A stretch of DNA of 63,808 nucleotides, counting the filler, from Paramecium tetraurelia (taxonomy: Eukaryota): assembly GCA_000165425.1 (NCBI GenBank). It is 6 parts of 5 records of this genome, joined end to end, with 100 filler letters (N's around TTAATTAATTAA, not from the genome) between each part and the next. Parts side by side here need not be neighbours in the genome. Positions count along the whole stretch, not along the records: positions 1 to 20,156 come from CT868095.1; positions 20,257 to 28,534 come from CT868098.1; 4 more parts are not named here. The stretch is one strand, 5' to 3'. Both the position numbers and the translations under genes were made by a program. This document shows, piece by piece, positions 15,096 to 28,634 of this stretch. The notes beneath the pieces are model-generated. The model was not told where the DNA came from. It saw only the letters and a program-made list of their open reading frames with translations, and did not search any database. Position 1 is the first letter of the stretch, and every line of letters starts with the position of its first letter.

Positions 15096-18000
15096 TCAAT
15101 TTTATTGTTTTTATAATACAATTTGGTTTTCTAAAATGTAACCTCCTCTTTATTAAAATAATGTCCTCAAATTTATGCCTGATTAATTAAAAAATTCTCC
15201 TTTCAAAATAAGAGCTCCTTAAGATTAAAATATTAGCTATTGTGATATCAGAAGAATAGTAATATTTGATGAAACTAAAAAATAATGAAAAACAAATACT
15301 ACCTTCTTAGATAAGATTGTTGGTAAAAATTGGAGGTTAAAATTATGCTAGAATGTCTTCATAACGATTATCTGAAGATAAGATTTAAATGCTGTCTTAA
15401 CATCCCATAAATGGATACAATTATCTATAGTACTAGATGCTAATGTAGTACCATCAGGAGAGAAATTGACTGACATAACATGACTGANNNNNNNNNNNNN
15501 NNNNNNNNNNNNNNNNNNNNNNNNNNNNNNNNNNNNNNNNNNNNNNNNNNNNNNNNNNNNNNNNNNNNNNNNNNNNNNNNNNNNNNNNNNNNNNNNNNNN
15601 NNNNNNNNNNNNNNNNNNNNNNNNNNNNNNNNNNNNNNNNNNNNNNNNNNNNNNNNNNNNNNNNNNNNNNNNNNNNNNNNNNNNNNNNNNNNNNNNNNNN
15701 NNNNNNNNNNNNNNNNNNNNNNNNNNNNNNNNNNNNNNNNNNNNNNNNNNNNNNNNNNNNNNNNNNNNNNNNNNNNNNNNNNNNNNNNNNNNNNNNNNNN
15801 NNNNNNNNNNNNNNNNNNNNNNNNNNNNNNNNNNNNNNNNNNNNNNNNNNNNNNNNNNNNNNNNNNNNNNNNNNNNNNNNNNNNNNNNNNNNNNNNNNNN
15901 NNNNNNNNNNNNNNNNNNNNNNNNNNNNNNNNNNNNNNNNNNNNNNNNNNNNNNNNNNNNNNNNNNNNNNNNNNNNNNNNNNNNNNNNNNNNNNNNNNNN
16001 NNNNNNNNNNNNNNNNNNNNNNNNNNNNNNNNNNNNNNNNNNNNNNNNNNNNNNNNNNNNNNNNNNNNNNNNNNNNNNNNAGTACTATCAGGAGAGAAAT
16101 TGACTGATAAAATCGAACTTGAATGACCATCTAATTTGGCTTATTATTATCCTGTCTTACATCCCATAAACGTATAGAGCTATCTGAACTACCAGACGCT
16201 AATCTAGTACCATCAGGAGAGAAATTTACTGAGATGATTCCTTAAGAATGACAATATAATTCGGCTGTTTATTATCCTGACTTGACATCCCATAATCGGA
16301 TCGAGTCATCCCAGCTACAAGATACTAACATACCACCATCAGGAGAGAAACAGATTTAATTAACATCATAACCATCTAACTCAGCCTTTTATTATCCTGT
16401 AAGAACTTCCCATAAACGGATTGAGTTATCATCACTACCAGATGCTAAAGTAATACCATCAGGAGAGAAACAAATAGATCTAATGGTACCGGAATGACCA
16501 TCTAATTTGGCTTTTAATTATTCTGTCTTAACATCCCATAAAAGGATTGAACAATCATCACTACCAGATGCTAAAGTAGTGCCATCAGGAGAGAAATTGA
16601 CCGATCTAACATAACCTGAATGACCATATAATTTTGCTTTTTATTATCCTGTCATAACATCCCATAAAAGGATTGAGTTATCATCACTACCAGATGCTAG
16701 AGTAGTACCATTAGGAGAGAAATTGACTGATCTAACATCACCTGAATGACCATCTAATTTGGCTATTGATTATCCTGTTTTAACATCCCATAAACGGATA
16801 GTCTTATCTTTACTACCAGATGCTAAAATAGTGCCATCAGGAGAGAAGCACGCAGAATAAATAGCATCTTAATGATTATCGAATTTTTCTTTTTTTTATC
16901 CTGCCTTAACATCCCATAAACGGATGGAGGTATCATCACTACCAGATGCTAAAGTAGTACCATCAGGAGAGAAGCAAATAGATCTAATAGCATCTGAATG
17001 ACCATCGAATTTTGCTTTTATTTATCCTGTTTTAACATTCCATAAACGGATGGAGTTATCATCACCGCCAGATGCTAGGGTATTACCATCAGGAGAGAAA
17101 CAGATTGAATTAACATAATTTGAAGAACAACCTAACTCAGCTTTTTATTATCCTGTAAGAACTTTCCATAAACGGATTGAGTTATCATCACTACCAGATG
17201 CTAAAGTAATACCATCAGGAGAGAAACAAATAGATCTAATGGCACCTTAATGACCATCTAATTTGGCTTTATATTATTCTGTCTTAACATCCCATAAAAT
17301 GATTGAACAATCATCACTACCAGATGCTAAAGTAGTGCCATCAGGAGAGAAATTGACCGATCTAACATAACCTGAATGACCATATAATTTTGCTTTTTAT
17401 TATCCTGTCTTAACATCCCATAAAAGGATTGAGTAATCATCACTACCAGATGCTATTTTTATTACCATCTGGAGAAAAGATGATTGAATTAACATAATTT
17501 GAATGACCATCTAATTTTGAAATTTATTTTCCTGTTTTTAGATTCCATAAATACACAAATTTTCTGCTACTGAAAGCTAATGTATTATTTGGAGAGAAGC
17601 ATAATGATTCCACTTTCCTCTTTCCTCTTATTAATGACTGCATTTTCCCTGTTCTAAAATCCCAAAAAACGATAGAATCATCAAAGCTACAAGAAGCTAA
17701 TGACATACCATCTGGAGAAAAGCAAACCTCATTGACATTTGCAGTATGACCATTTAACTTATTTAACTCATTGATTTTTATGTTTTTCCATTTACAATTG
17801 AACAATTATGCTTAATTTAAATTCATTCCACTAATATCCACATTCTCTAATTCTGATCCATTGAAATTGCATTTTACAAAATTTCCGCCAACTAAAGAGG
17901 TATCTCTAATCCTAATATTTTCAAAGTTTTATTCCCTCAAATCCACTTTCATTTCGACTAAAAAATTAAATGAATTAGATCCACATTAGATAAATTTTTC

Positions 18001-18348
18001 ATCAAAGGCCGTCAGGTGTACAAGGAACTTCAAGAATTCAATGATCTGTCTTTCCTAACCAATCTTTTTAATCAATTCTTTTCTAATTTATTCCTAATCT
18101 TCATTTGAAAAGTTCTTTTTATTAAAGTCAAGCTCACTTATAATTTTGAGAATATTAAAGAAGCGTTCTATATTTTAAATTCCAATCTGCTCTAGCTTTT
18201 GATTATTTAACTGCTTAAATGTGTCTGTAATTTTTTCTCTTCTAAAAATTTCAATTAGAATATGGTAGAATTCTATATCAAAATCTTTAACAGAAGCCAA
18301 AACCTTATATAAATTATCATTCTACTCTGAATGTGGATCGCTATCCAT
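15096..18348 (-). CDS. Pentapeptide-repeat + multi-WD40 protein of a Paramecium-expanded family (frameshifted in this assembly)
   Basis: Code-6 translation [24 protein letters not shown]...[67 protein letters not shown], followed by 15 visible WD40 repeats ([34 protein letters not shown]). It has a 28-nt intron at 15275-15302, a C-terminus [24 protein letters not shown], and TGA at 15096-15098. Apparent +1 frameshift at 17456-17460, -1 near 15385, and a gap at 15488-16080. The start is the first in-frame ATG. Confidence 0.9.
15390..17760 (-). repeat. Tandem 126-bp WD40-coding repeat array
   Basis: Recurring ccatcaggagagaa / catcccataaa / ctaccagatgcta motifs at about 126-bp spacing. Confidence 0.92.
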
Positions 18349-18649
18349 TGTCTAATTTTATTAATATTATTGATTTTCTATTACTTTACTATGAGCTTTA
18401 TCGTATAAACCCAAATTATAATGTAAATTTTTACCATTGAGAAAATCTCATTTTTTTAAGATTAGGAGTTGATATGATCGAGAAATAGCATTATGTAATC
18501 AGAATAAAAATAAAACAGAATTTATTAGCAATTTTATCTTTTGAATTGACAAACTTTAAATATCCATATTCTAAGTGATCGCATAGTTTTATGATACAAA
18601 TAGATTTGATACATTAGTATAAAATGGTTATAATTATTGTTTTGCCAGT

Positions 18650-20156
18650 TTTTTCTCCCCGAATGACTATTACATAATTTAAATGCATATAGAACTTGGA
18701 ATAATACTAGCTCGAATAATAGGACTCATACCTTTAATCTAATAAATCGAAACCTCTATTGAGCACAAATCTTGTGATCATTATTAGTGTCCCTTAAGTA
18801 CCTACTTTTATCGCTTTAGTAATCTTTCGCTGAGAAACTAATGTAGATAAATTACACACGTTAATAGGTGACTACTTCTTCCCATCTTTATGTAAGCATT
18901 ATTAGTTGATGCCAAAGTGAATCAATAACATGCTTAAATTGCAACGATTTATATTTCCAGAACCATTATTTGTTAACTAACAATAAATGAGTGAAATAGA
19001 AAATAACTATATGTACTTTACAACAGACAACTACTTAAATGTAAACTTCAATATACATGAATGTATGCTTCTTGTGATTATTAAATTTCTCACTGTGTGC
19101 ATTATATGGTAATGTTACTAAAGGTACTTAATGTTTTACAACTTACACAGCATGTAAGAAATCATGATTTCTTAATATAATACGACTGGCTTGTATAATT
19201 TAAACTCTTTGCCAAGAATGCATTGCTATATGTAATGTTTCTGCTGAATAATACTAAAAGTTGATGAAGTGATCTGTTTATATAGTCTTCCTACTTGTAT
19301 AATATTGTATTATCAAAGCACTTCCAATAAACTCCTTGTAGAATAGCTGCTAGCTCTTTGAGAAATAGACTGTTTTGTTTGAGAAATTTATTGGGAATCC
19401 TGATCAATATTCATAATCTCTTCAAGATAACAGTGTCGACCACCTAAATTCATCAACAGAGCAAGTATGCTAAAATCATGTAGACCTCTAAATTATGTCA
19501 AAGATGACTCTAACTCTGGTTCAACCAGTACTGATAAAAGCTGGCTTTCCTGTTACCTTTAAAAAAACTAAATTAATCTTGCCCTAAAAAGCTGTCAGTT
19601 ACACATTGTGTGATGGTGACCATGCTGGAGCACATTGATCATCAACTTTTATCCATGCTGTAGCAATCTAATGCTAACTTATACACCTTTCAACCCACTT
19701 GTCTCTTGTGCAATGTTTTGGCATAAACGCAATCATCTGTAAGGGAGTTAAATTTTGCAGGTATGGATTACTCTGCTTGTAAAAGAGGTTCCAAATTTAC
19801 AATTATTTTTGATATGAACCAGATTTTTCCTCATTCATATAAATTTTTCATCTGCTTATCTGGAGCATATTGACCAACTCTAGCTTGTTCATTTACATTT
19901 TTAGATGTAAAGTTTACAGTGTTAATATATTGGGGATTCATAGTTAGTAAACTATGCACCTTTTTTTCAACAGTTTTAACAAGAGGTGAAAATGAAGGAA
20001 GGTTACTCTCTTATTAGAGGTATTGTTCAAAAAGTCAATTATAATTTAGATGAAAAACATTTACAGTTTTCACAGAGTATTTTGACTTTTACAGCGTTTC
20101 CTGCTCCTTAAGTAAAACTAAGGTAACAAATTACTTATCCTGCGTCACAATGTTTG
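18650..20156 (-). pseudogene. Decayed Cys-rich surface-antigen-like remnant
   Basis: Minus-strand fragments LDCYSMDK, DQCAPAW and VTITQCVTDS, with no continuous frame. Confidence 0.25.
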
Positions 20157-20256
20157 NNNNNNNNNNNNNNNNNNNNNNNNNNNNNNNNNNNNNNNNNNNN
20201 TTAATTAATTAANNNNNNNNNNNNNNNNNNNNNNNNNNNNNNNNNNNNNNNNNNNN
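20157..20256. other. Artificial scaffold linker
   Basis: 44 N + TTAATTAATTAA + 44 N, exactly 100 bp. Confidence 0.97.
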
Positions 20257-20299
20257 ATAATTTAGATCATCATTTTAATCAATGCAGAGGTTTCACCTG

Positions 20300-21559
20300 T
20301 GAAAACTCACGATAGCATTAATTAATATTTGATCAGCTTAGCTAGCCTAGGAAGGTTTAAAGAAGAGGCTAAAATCTTAGTTTTCATCCAATTTATAAAA
20401 GAAAACATACCCTTATATTAATATAGAGAAATACCAAGGCTAAGGCAATCTTCTAACACAAAAATTATAACTTTAAAGTTACTCAAACAAGATAACACTA
20501 TACTAAAAAGATGAACTATGAAAGCACATCCCAATATAGTGATGAGCTTTTCAAATTAAAGAAATATCTTTAACAACAACCTAATCGAAAATCATAAAAA
20601 AGGTTCTGAGTTGAATCAAAAATAGATTACTCCTAGTCGAAAAAATATTATTAATGATTAAGGAATTTAATATAATAAAGATTTTTTCTAAATAAATAAT
20701 CTATTGGATTTATATTTAAAATACTATTATCCTCTTTAGCACCCTTGTAGGTTTAAAATAATTAGAGATACATCAATTAATCTTGGTAAAAAAGATTTCA
20801 CAAGAAGTCAATTAGGTTTTACTAAAATTTAAAATAATCTTGAATAGAAGAAACTGATTATAATTCAATTTTCTATTCACAGAGAGTAAGGACCTTTTAT
20901 ATAAGGGATCAATTGTTAATTTTATTTCAACAGAGTACTTTTTAGTTGAAATTTTGTCTGGCTACTTCTATTCAATCTAACATTTACGAGATAGAATGAA
21001 AATTGAATCCTAGTTAGCTTACACAATAAATAGATTAATCAATTATGAGAGACCTATGAGTTAGAAAGGGAAGCCTAACTCTTGACATAAGATAACTGAG
21101 GGATTGAATTAGCAAAAAAGTATTGAGTCAACATATTAAATGCTCTTAAAAACAATAAATATTATAATTGACAAATTCTCATGCGACTCTTTCTTTTAAG
21201 GTGATGAAAGGCTAATAGGCCAGCTTTGAGAAGATATCTATGGAGATGGAATAGTCGCAATCTGAGAGAAGATCAACTCAAACAAGTTAACTAAGAATTA
21301 AGAAGAATCAGTAATTAATTAATTCTCCTAGTTTTTAAATTCACTTCTCAATACTGGCTGTCTTTCTGAATGATTAGTAAATTAGCAGAGATTTTCTTTT
21401 TGAAAAAGGTAAGAAGGAGCTCAGAATTAGCCCATAGATTTGACTCATTTTAATAACTAGGATTAATTGAGGATCTTAATGAAATTAAAAAAAAACTAAT
21501 TAAATTCCCCTTTTTTTAGATCAAGAAAGGAACCATATTTCTAATTAGCTGGAAAAATC
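20300..21559 (+). mobile_element. Degenerate non-LTR retrotransposon fragment (APE endonuclease-like region and downstream linker)
   Basis: Ordered, weakly APE-like motifs across frameshifts: LASLGRFKEEAKILVFIQFIKENIP/LILIQ (N..SL..K..QET-like), LLDLYLKYYYP, INLGKKDF (GDFN-like) and YSQRVRT..GSIVNFIS (T..S.IDY-like). Recognised by eye only. Confidence 0.4.
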
Positions 21560-21869
21560 NNNNNNNNNNNNNNNNNNNNNNNNNNNNNNNNNNNNNNNNN
21601 NNNNNNNNNNNNNNNNNNNNNNNNNNNNNNNNNNNNNNNNNNNNNNNNNNNNNNNNNNNNNNNNNNNNNNNNNNNNNNNNNNNNNNNNNNNNNNNNNNNN
21701 NNNNNNNNNNNNNNNNNNNNNNNNNNNNNNNNNNNNNNNNNNNNNNNNNNNNNNNNNNNNNNNNNNNNNNNNNNNNNNNNNNNNNNNNNNNNNGGAGCTC
21801 CCAATGCCACACTAAGGTCCTAGTGAAACTCGACGTTTCACCCACCTTATATTTACTAAGAAGCACTTA

Positions 21870-23206
21870 TGATTTCATCCAACTCTTGTTTTCTTATCTA
21901 TTGTTATTAATCCAAAATTGTACTCTCTTAAATTCGTTCTGATAATTAAATAATACCTTACAATTGGTTGTCAGCTAATAATTAACTATTGTTGATACTT
22001 GATTAATCATGCAAAATATTAATTGACTCTTAAATGTCTAATAATCATTTTATTTTAATAGTTCTGATTAACTTTCTATTGATTTTGAAAATTAAATGTC
22101 TTTAGTTATCGTATAATCATTTTAAATAAGATTATCATTATCTTATTGAATCAGATAACTAATAGTTTAAATTAAATCTTCATTACTTAATTATTTTATA
22201 GAAACTTATTTACACTTACTAAGTTCACTTGTTTTAGTTATTGGAAAGGGAAATTTTGTTATTAATTGTTCGATGATGGAATTTATTTTTGAATTGTAAT
22301 TCTCTCTCATTTAGTAAATTTTTTTATTTAACTTCTCTTATTTTAATTACCTCTTTGACTTTAAATCTTCAACAATTTTAATTTAATTATTTTTCTTTTG
22401 ATTCCATAACAAATTTATTTTTTCAATTGAAGCCTTCATCACCAACGCTTTCTAAACAAGCAAATCTTTCTTCTATTAATTTATTATTTTGATCTAGGTC
22501 AATCAGAAGTATTTCTTTATTCTGGGTTGGACAAAGTCTACTTAAACTTAATGCTTTCTGGTAATATAAATACTTACTTTATTATCTTCAAATTGCAGGG
22601 GCATTAATTCAATTTAATTATCTTCATTGAATTCCTATATTTATATTTGGCTTCCTTAAAAGTTAAAATAGTTTAATAGTATGCTTCCTTATTAAAAATG
22701 AGCTCAAGTTCTCTAATTAAATAGTCAAACGATTAGGTATCTTATTGAAATTCCATTTATTTTTCAGTTAATGAAAGAAATTCAGATATTGATTTAACAT
22801 CCTCTTAAAAATTAGACTTAGTTTAAAAATTTTTCAATAAAGATTCCTTTTCTTCTAGAATACTAATTTATGTTTGTATTTAATCTTAGATCTTAACCAA
22901 AGCACTACAAGCATTAATTTTAAACTCTATGTATTTTTCAAGCACTATTTTATATTATTGGAGCTTTATCTTGATTTCTCCAGCCTTTTTTTCCTATCTT
23001 AGAGCCTTATATTCTTAAATTCTCGCTTATGTTTGTTCAATTGTTGATATTCTACTGTTATTCAACTTCTCAACTACACAGTTACAACTAAGGTATTTAA
23101 TAGATCCATTTTCCGTTGGGTTTAGATCTATTGCAATTATCTCGTAGTTATGAATTTGACATAGATTTTCACTAATCTCATACTTTTAAGAAGTTGATTA
23201 ATTCAT
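21870..23206 (-). pseudogene. Paramecium CxxH..IIAIDL..C N-terminal domain + coiled-coil protein, frameshifted
   Basis: ATG at 23206 gives MNQSTSQKYEISENLCQIHNYEIIAIDLNPTENGSIKYLSCNCVVEKLNNSRISTIEQTQARIQEY. The frame shifts at the T-run near 22985-22992, and the Q/K/E-rich coiled coil continues in another frame. The 3' end is unresolved near the gap. Confidence 0.6.
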
Positions 23207-23429
23207 TTTTATTTAATTTTTATTTTACAATATACATTTACTTTCTTTTACTATTATAATAAAATTATTTATGGAAAAAGTCGAATAAAAGTAATTATCT
23301 TATAATAAATTATAGAATAGAAAATTTAATAATTTGTTCTTTTCTATCATTCAAAAGATATTAAAATTGTTATCAGATAAACACTAATAAAAAAAATAAG
23401 AGAGTTTTCATTAAAATATCAATCAACAT

Positions 23430-24580
23430 ATCAAAGTGCGCTGGGTATATGATTCAAAATCTATTTAATCGTCTTCAATAAATTGTATAAATAAAGACTA
23501 TGAGAAACAACTCTTGATTTTAAATGGCCACTTTTTTAATTAATACTATATACAAAATTGAAAATAATAGCATAATACATGAAAATTTTGCTTTGTACAT
23601 GGATAAAGCACTTGAGTGTTGATTAAGAAGGGCATTTTAATTAGAATAGAAACTTTTAATAATCATATTTAGAAATTTGGTCAAACTTAAACTTTTAGTT
23701 CCTCTTATTTACTATTTTATGATATTTATCAAGATATCATTAGAATTTATACCTATCTATTTATTGAAACATGCGAAGAAGGAAACCTATTAGTCAATAT
23801 TAAGAAGACTAACTATATTGAAAGTAGACCTAACTCATTTTTTGAAAACTTGGGGTTAAATAAAGTCGAATCTTTCAAATATCTGGGAATTAGAATAAAC
23901 CAAAGAAGATATATTACTGACCAATACAGATGTATAAAGAAAGCTGTTATCGGGAGAGTAAGACAGTTAATTAATGATTAAGTAAATAATACATTTAGAA
24001 TGCTCACTAAATTATGGATCTTGTGCATGTTCTAGCAACCTCGCTATATGATTCCAAAAGACAAGTCAGATAAAAAAGTAGCAGACTCTCAAAAGAACTT
24101 CCTTTAAAGCAATGTTAAAATTAAAGGATATTTCCCAATAGAAGTCCTAGATACGAAAGTCCGACTAATGGAAACGGACTTCTAATTAGAGAAATAGATT
24201 TACTACAGATAAATTGGAATTATTCTGAGAATTTCCGAGAAAACAAGAATAATCTCTTTAGAATGAAGAGGATTTCTTCTACGCTATGAAACTCTTATTC
24301 TATTACTTTAATTAAAACATAGATTTTTAGAAAAGAACTCTAATGAGAGAATGTTTATAGCTTTTAATGAAGGAAAAGAGCTTGCAAGAATTCCTTTCAG
24401 AAACCCAGATTATACCAACAATTAAATCGAATGGCAATAGAATACTGAAGAAGAAATTGAATCTAAGAAGAATTATATAGATCAAGAAAAAATCAAAAAT
24501 ATTAAACAGAAACACTCTGATATAGTACATACGTACGTCTTTCATCTCCAGTGTCAGAATAAACCATGTCCTTTACTGGC
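23430..24580 (+). mobile_element. Degenerate non-LTR retrotransposon reverse transcriptase (distal RT motifs and thumb)
   Basis: FALYMDKALE near 23590. An open code-6 frame from 23763 to about 24266 reads IETCEEGNLLVNIKKTNYIES...LGLNKVESFKYLGIRINQRR, matching the non-LTR RT motifs GL.IN..KT and F.YLG. The YADD catalytic motif is not intact. Confidence 0.75.
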
Positions 24581-25294
24581 NNNNNNNNNNNNNNNNNNNN
24601 NNNNNNNNNNNNNNNNNNNNNNNNNNNNNNNNNNNNNNNNNNNNNNNNNNNNNNNNNNNNNNNNNNNNNNNNNNNNNNNNNNNNNNNNNNNNNNNNNNNN
24701 NNNNNNNNNNNNNNNNNNNNNNNNNNNNNNATGATAGTACGCGAGCATCAATCACATCCATGAATGCTTGATAGGCCTTCTTGGCAATGGAATTGTATTT
24801 TAGTAGGATTGAGTATTTAGAATTGAACACATCAAAAACCTAAAAAGAATTTTTTTATTATAGGATTATTAATTAAAGTAAATACAGATTATTGATAAAT
24901 TTACAAACAAACTATTAAGAAGCAAAAACTACTAGATATATTCAATTAACTTGATAATACGATTTAAGAAAGTATACTTAGGATAAAAATAAATGAGGAT
25001 TAAGAAACTTACCACACATTGAGCTGATGATTAAAATTTAATTTAAAAAAGTTGAACGATTGAAATCCTAGAGATAATTATTCAGAGGCTCTTTGAAAAT
25101 AGAAATATGAAATGATCATTTCAATAATAATATTAAGCAATTATTTTTATTGATTAATTAAGATTTTTGTTTGGTTTATTGAAATTAGATGCTTACTAAA
25201 TTAATTTAAAAATACTTGATAAACTGAATAGTTTGATTATGGACCTGTTTTTTTCTAAGAAATATTATAAATAATATAAAAAATCCATAATAGT

Positions 25295-26383
25295 TCATTT
25301 ATTTATTAATTCATATGTCGAATATCCTTTCCTTTTGTCATCCCAATATACCAAATGTTACCCGTTATTTGTGATAGTTCCATAAATTGAATTTGTTTCA
25401 CAATCCAATAAATTTTAAATTTTGTACTTGCCATCATAAATTTCTCTGATGATATAAATATATGTCTTATGCCTTACTAAGATAATATTTCTATCTCTAT
25501 TATAAATAATTGGAAAACAATATTTATCCAAAATTCGATTATTTGCATTTAATTGAATTGTCTTCCCCTAATTTTCTTAAAAGACTCTTTTTTCTAATTC
25601 AAATACATAAAGTTTATCTATTTGATTACCCCCGGTTATCCAAATAAATTAATTATCTTTAATAAACTTAACTTTATGTCCTTATTCTTTAATTGATTAT
25701 TTAACAAAATATTTGTATACAAATTGATTATTCTCTCTCCTTTCCCAAATAATTATTTAATTCTCACCATTTGCACATGATACTAATTCATTTTCCGATT
25801 AATTTAAACTTAATGACATTACTTCATTATTATGTTTATCTAATGTTTACAGAAATGTTAATTCGTTGTGATTAAAATCAACCTTCCAAACTTTGATTGA
25901 TTTGTCTTTACTTCCAGAAAATAGTAAATCCTCATTTTAATTTAATATAACGCACACAACAGTATTTGTATGTTATTCATAAGACTATGAACTAATCCAA
26001 TCATTTTAGTTCAATTTTTGCCAGCATCTAATTGCTTTATCTCCAGAAATAATTGAATCTTATTTTTTACTATAAACTAAACAATGGACCCAATCAGTAT
26101 GTCCTTACAATGTTTTTCCTAATTTGATTATTCCATTTAAAACACTCCATACTTTAATATCTTTATTTTCAGTTGATACCATAATTGACCCAGAAGCATT
26201 AAAAACTAGTGCATAACAATAATCATTTTATTTAACAGATTAATCAACTGATTTTAATTTGATTTCACAATTTTGTAGCAAATTAGAATGAGGGATGTTG
26301 ATAAATTGTTACTTTATTGCTTCAAAGCTAACCTTATTTTGGTCATGATTGACTTTTTTGAAGTTATTGGATATTTTAGTCAT
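25295..26383 (-). CDS. WD40 beta-propeller protein of a Paramecium-expanded family (about 362 aa)
   Basis: Uninterrupted code-6 ORF: MTKISNNFKK...QSVKQNDYCYALVFNASGSIMVSTENKDIKVW...LQGHTDWVHCLVYS...LFSGSKDKSIKVW...YGTITNNGQHLVYWDDKRKGYSTYELINK*. TGA at 25295-25297. The N-terminus may be truncated relative to the family. Confidence 0.88.
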
Positions 26384-28534
26384 CCAAGATCTATTAATAT
26401 TATCTATTTGTTTATTATTAGAATCAGCCTATACACTCCATAATGGTAATTTAATATCTCAGTATATACAATATAGTCTAGGTTGATTGAGCTGCACTTA
26501 TAGATCTCTTAGAATTTGATGCTGATTTTGTATCTCATAAAAATACTGAAACCATATAAGTCTATTTTTTAAGAATAAATAAATCAGCAAACTCTTTTTC
26601 CATTTAGAGACTTGGATTAACCGCAAAACTGTCACCTCTACCTGATTACTCAATATCTTAGTCACAAGTAGAGGATCTGTAATATATAGTCTAAAGAATT
26701 AACAGTGAACAACACTCCTGTGATATATTCACTTCATCATCTTTAATTGGTAATTGCATTTTGCTTCTTATTTTTTAAAGTTAATATCATAAATCTCTTT
26801 TTTATGATACATCTTATTCTGAAATTTCAATTTAGATTTCAACACCAAATCACATGCTCAACCTAAGAATTTTTCACTGACAAAAATTAATTACCCTTTT
26901 GTAATTAAGGAGACCTTTACTCTCTTATCATTAAATTTAGCATGAATTCTCAAAAACAATTTATCATTTTTAGTATTAACTATACCCAAAGCTCCTTTTT
27001 GGACTTTATAAAATGATACCCAAAGGAAAAAGATTGAGGAATTAATTAACCAAATTTTTTGACCAAATTTTGAATGAATAAGGATAGTGATCTGACAAAT
27101 TGACAATTTGTAGGGATGATTGGATGTCAAAAATTAACTCTAAAGACTGATTTTCACCTAGAAAGAATCCTACAGTAAATAAATAGTAGTGGGCAATAAG
27201 AGATATTGAATTCATCAATAATAATTTCGATCGCCTAGCATTGTGAAAATAGAAAAGATTCTTAGAGCTTCACATATTAAAGTGAATTCATTAACTTCAG
27301 CATTAAAAATTATCGATTAATTAATTATTTGAAGGACTTATTAAATTTCTATCATCATAGACTGGATATATAAAATCTTTTCCAAAATATATGAGAAGGA
27401 TAATCTCTAATATTTTTGGATTTATAATTTTATACTACATTCAATTAATAATAGTAGGTAGTAATTTAAGCAACTCCTTTAATTACTTTCAGGATCACTT
27501 TTTCAATTATGCTGAAAAACGAGAATTTGCTGATGAAATAGTGATAATTGATTTGTTCAACTTAAGTTAGAAAATGTAAAGGAAACTTAGGAGGGACTCT
27601 TTTTGGTTAATTGTTTGATGTACCTCTTTTGAGAGACTTAAACAACAAATCAGAGGTACTTCTCAAACTAAAAATAGGTATGTTTTTTAATTTTAGGACA
27701 TATAAAGTAAAATTTAGTTACAATCTGTATTTTTAGTTCCATATTTTAGAAATGGAAGGGGAAATTTTAATTTTTTTCATTTGATATATATTTACATCAC
27801 ATGTAGTGGCATCAAATAGAGTATTCTTTAGCACATTCCTCACAATTTATATCATTAAATAAATTACTGCAACAGCTGCGTATCTATAATATTCAAATGT
27901 ATGTAAGTAGAAACTAATTACCACTTAAATAAGAGTTACATGAATTCCATAAATTTTAGTCTTTTTCATTCATTCACCCAAATCGTAATTTTAAATTGGC
28001 AGATATTAATCTAATTATTTCTAACCCTTGATTCAATTATTATAATAAAGTTAGGTGATTTATATCTTTAATTCAGTGAATTAGAAAAAATAATGCTTTA
28101 ATAACAGATTATGATATAATTCTGGGTGTTTTTCTGTTTCTTTAAGTTTTACGATCAATTCTTTCTTCCAACAAATGATAAAAAATGAGCTGAATTCTAA
28201 TTCTATTCTTTAGGCTTTTAGGTTTTACAAAATGTAAGACTGGATTCTCTTCAGATTTTCTACAAAATCTTTAGAGGATGAGGATCAGCACTTTACTTCT
28301 TTATATGGAGAAAAGTGGAATGTTTGAATTAGATAACTATGATTATTTATAAATAATATTATGGCAAAAAGATGACAGAGGTACAGAGATAGAGTTTCGA
28401 GTTTGTTGTAACTAAAAGATGACATCCACCGATATTGTTAGTTTAGAGAGGCCTTATTCTTTTGTGAACCCTTAATGAAAAACCTTTATAAAAAAATAAT
28501 AATTAGAGAGAAAAGGGTGTGAATTTTTTTTTTG

Positions 28535-28634
28535 NNNNNNNNNNNNNNNNNNNNNNNNNNNNNNNNNNNNNNNNNNNNTTAATTAATTAANNNNNNNNNN
28601 NNNNNNNNNNNNNNNNNNNNNNNNNNNNNNNNNN
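28535..28634. other. Artificial scaffold linker
   Basis: 44 N + TTAATTAATTAA + 44 N. Confidence 0.97.

Noticed and set aside
15390..17760. CRISPR-like periodicity
   Set aside because: The units are in-frame 126-bp WD40 coding repeats without unique spacers, in a eukaryotic genome.
20201..20212. TTAATTAATTAA as a biological palindrome or PacI-type site
   Set aside because: It is always centred in an identical 100-bp N block, so it is a synthetic linker.
21823..21841. Inverted repeat GTGAAAC-TCGAC-GTTTCAC, reading GAAACGTC on the minus strand as in minimal hammerheads
   Set aside because: No CUGANGA box is present upstream, and it is a short hairpin beside a gap.
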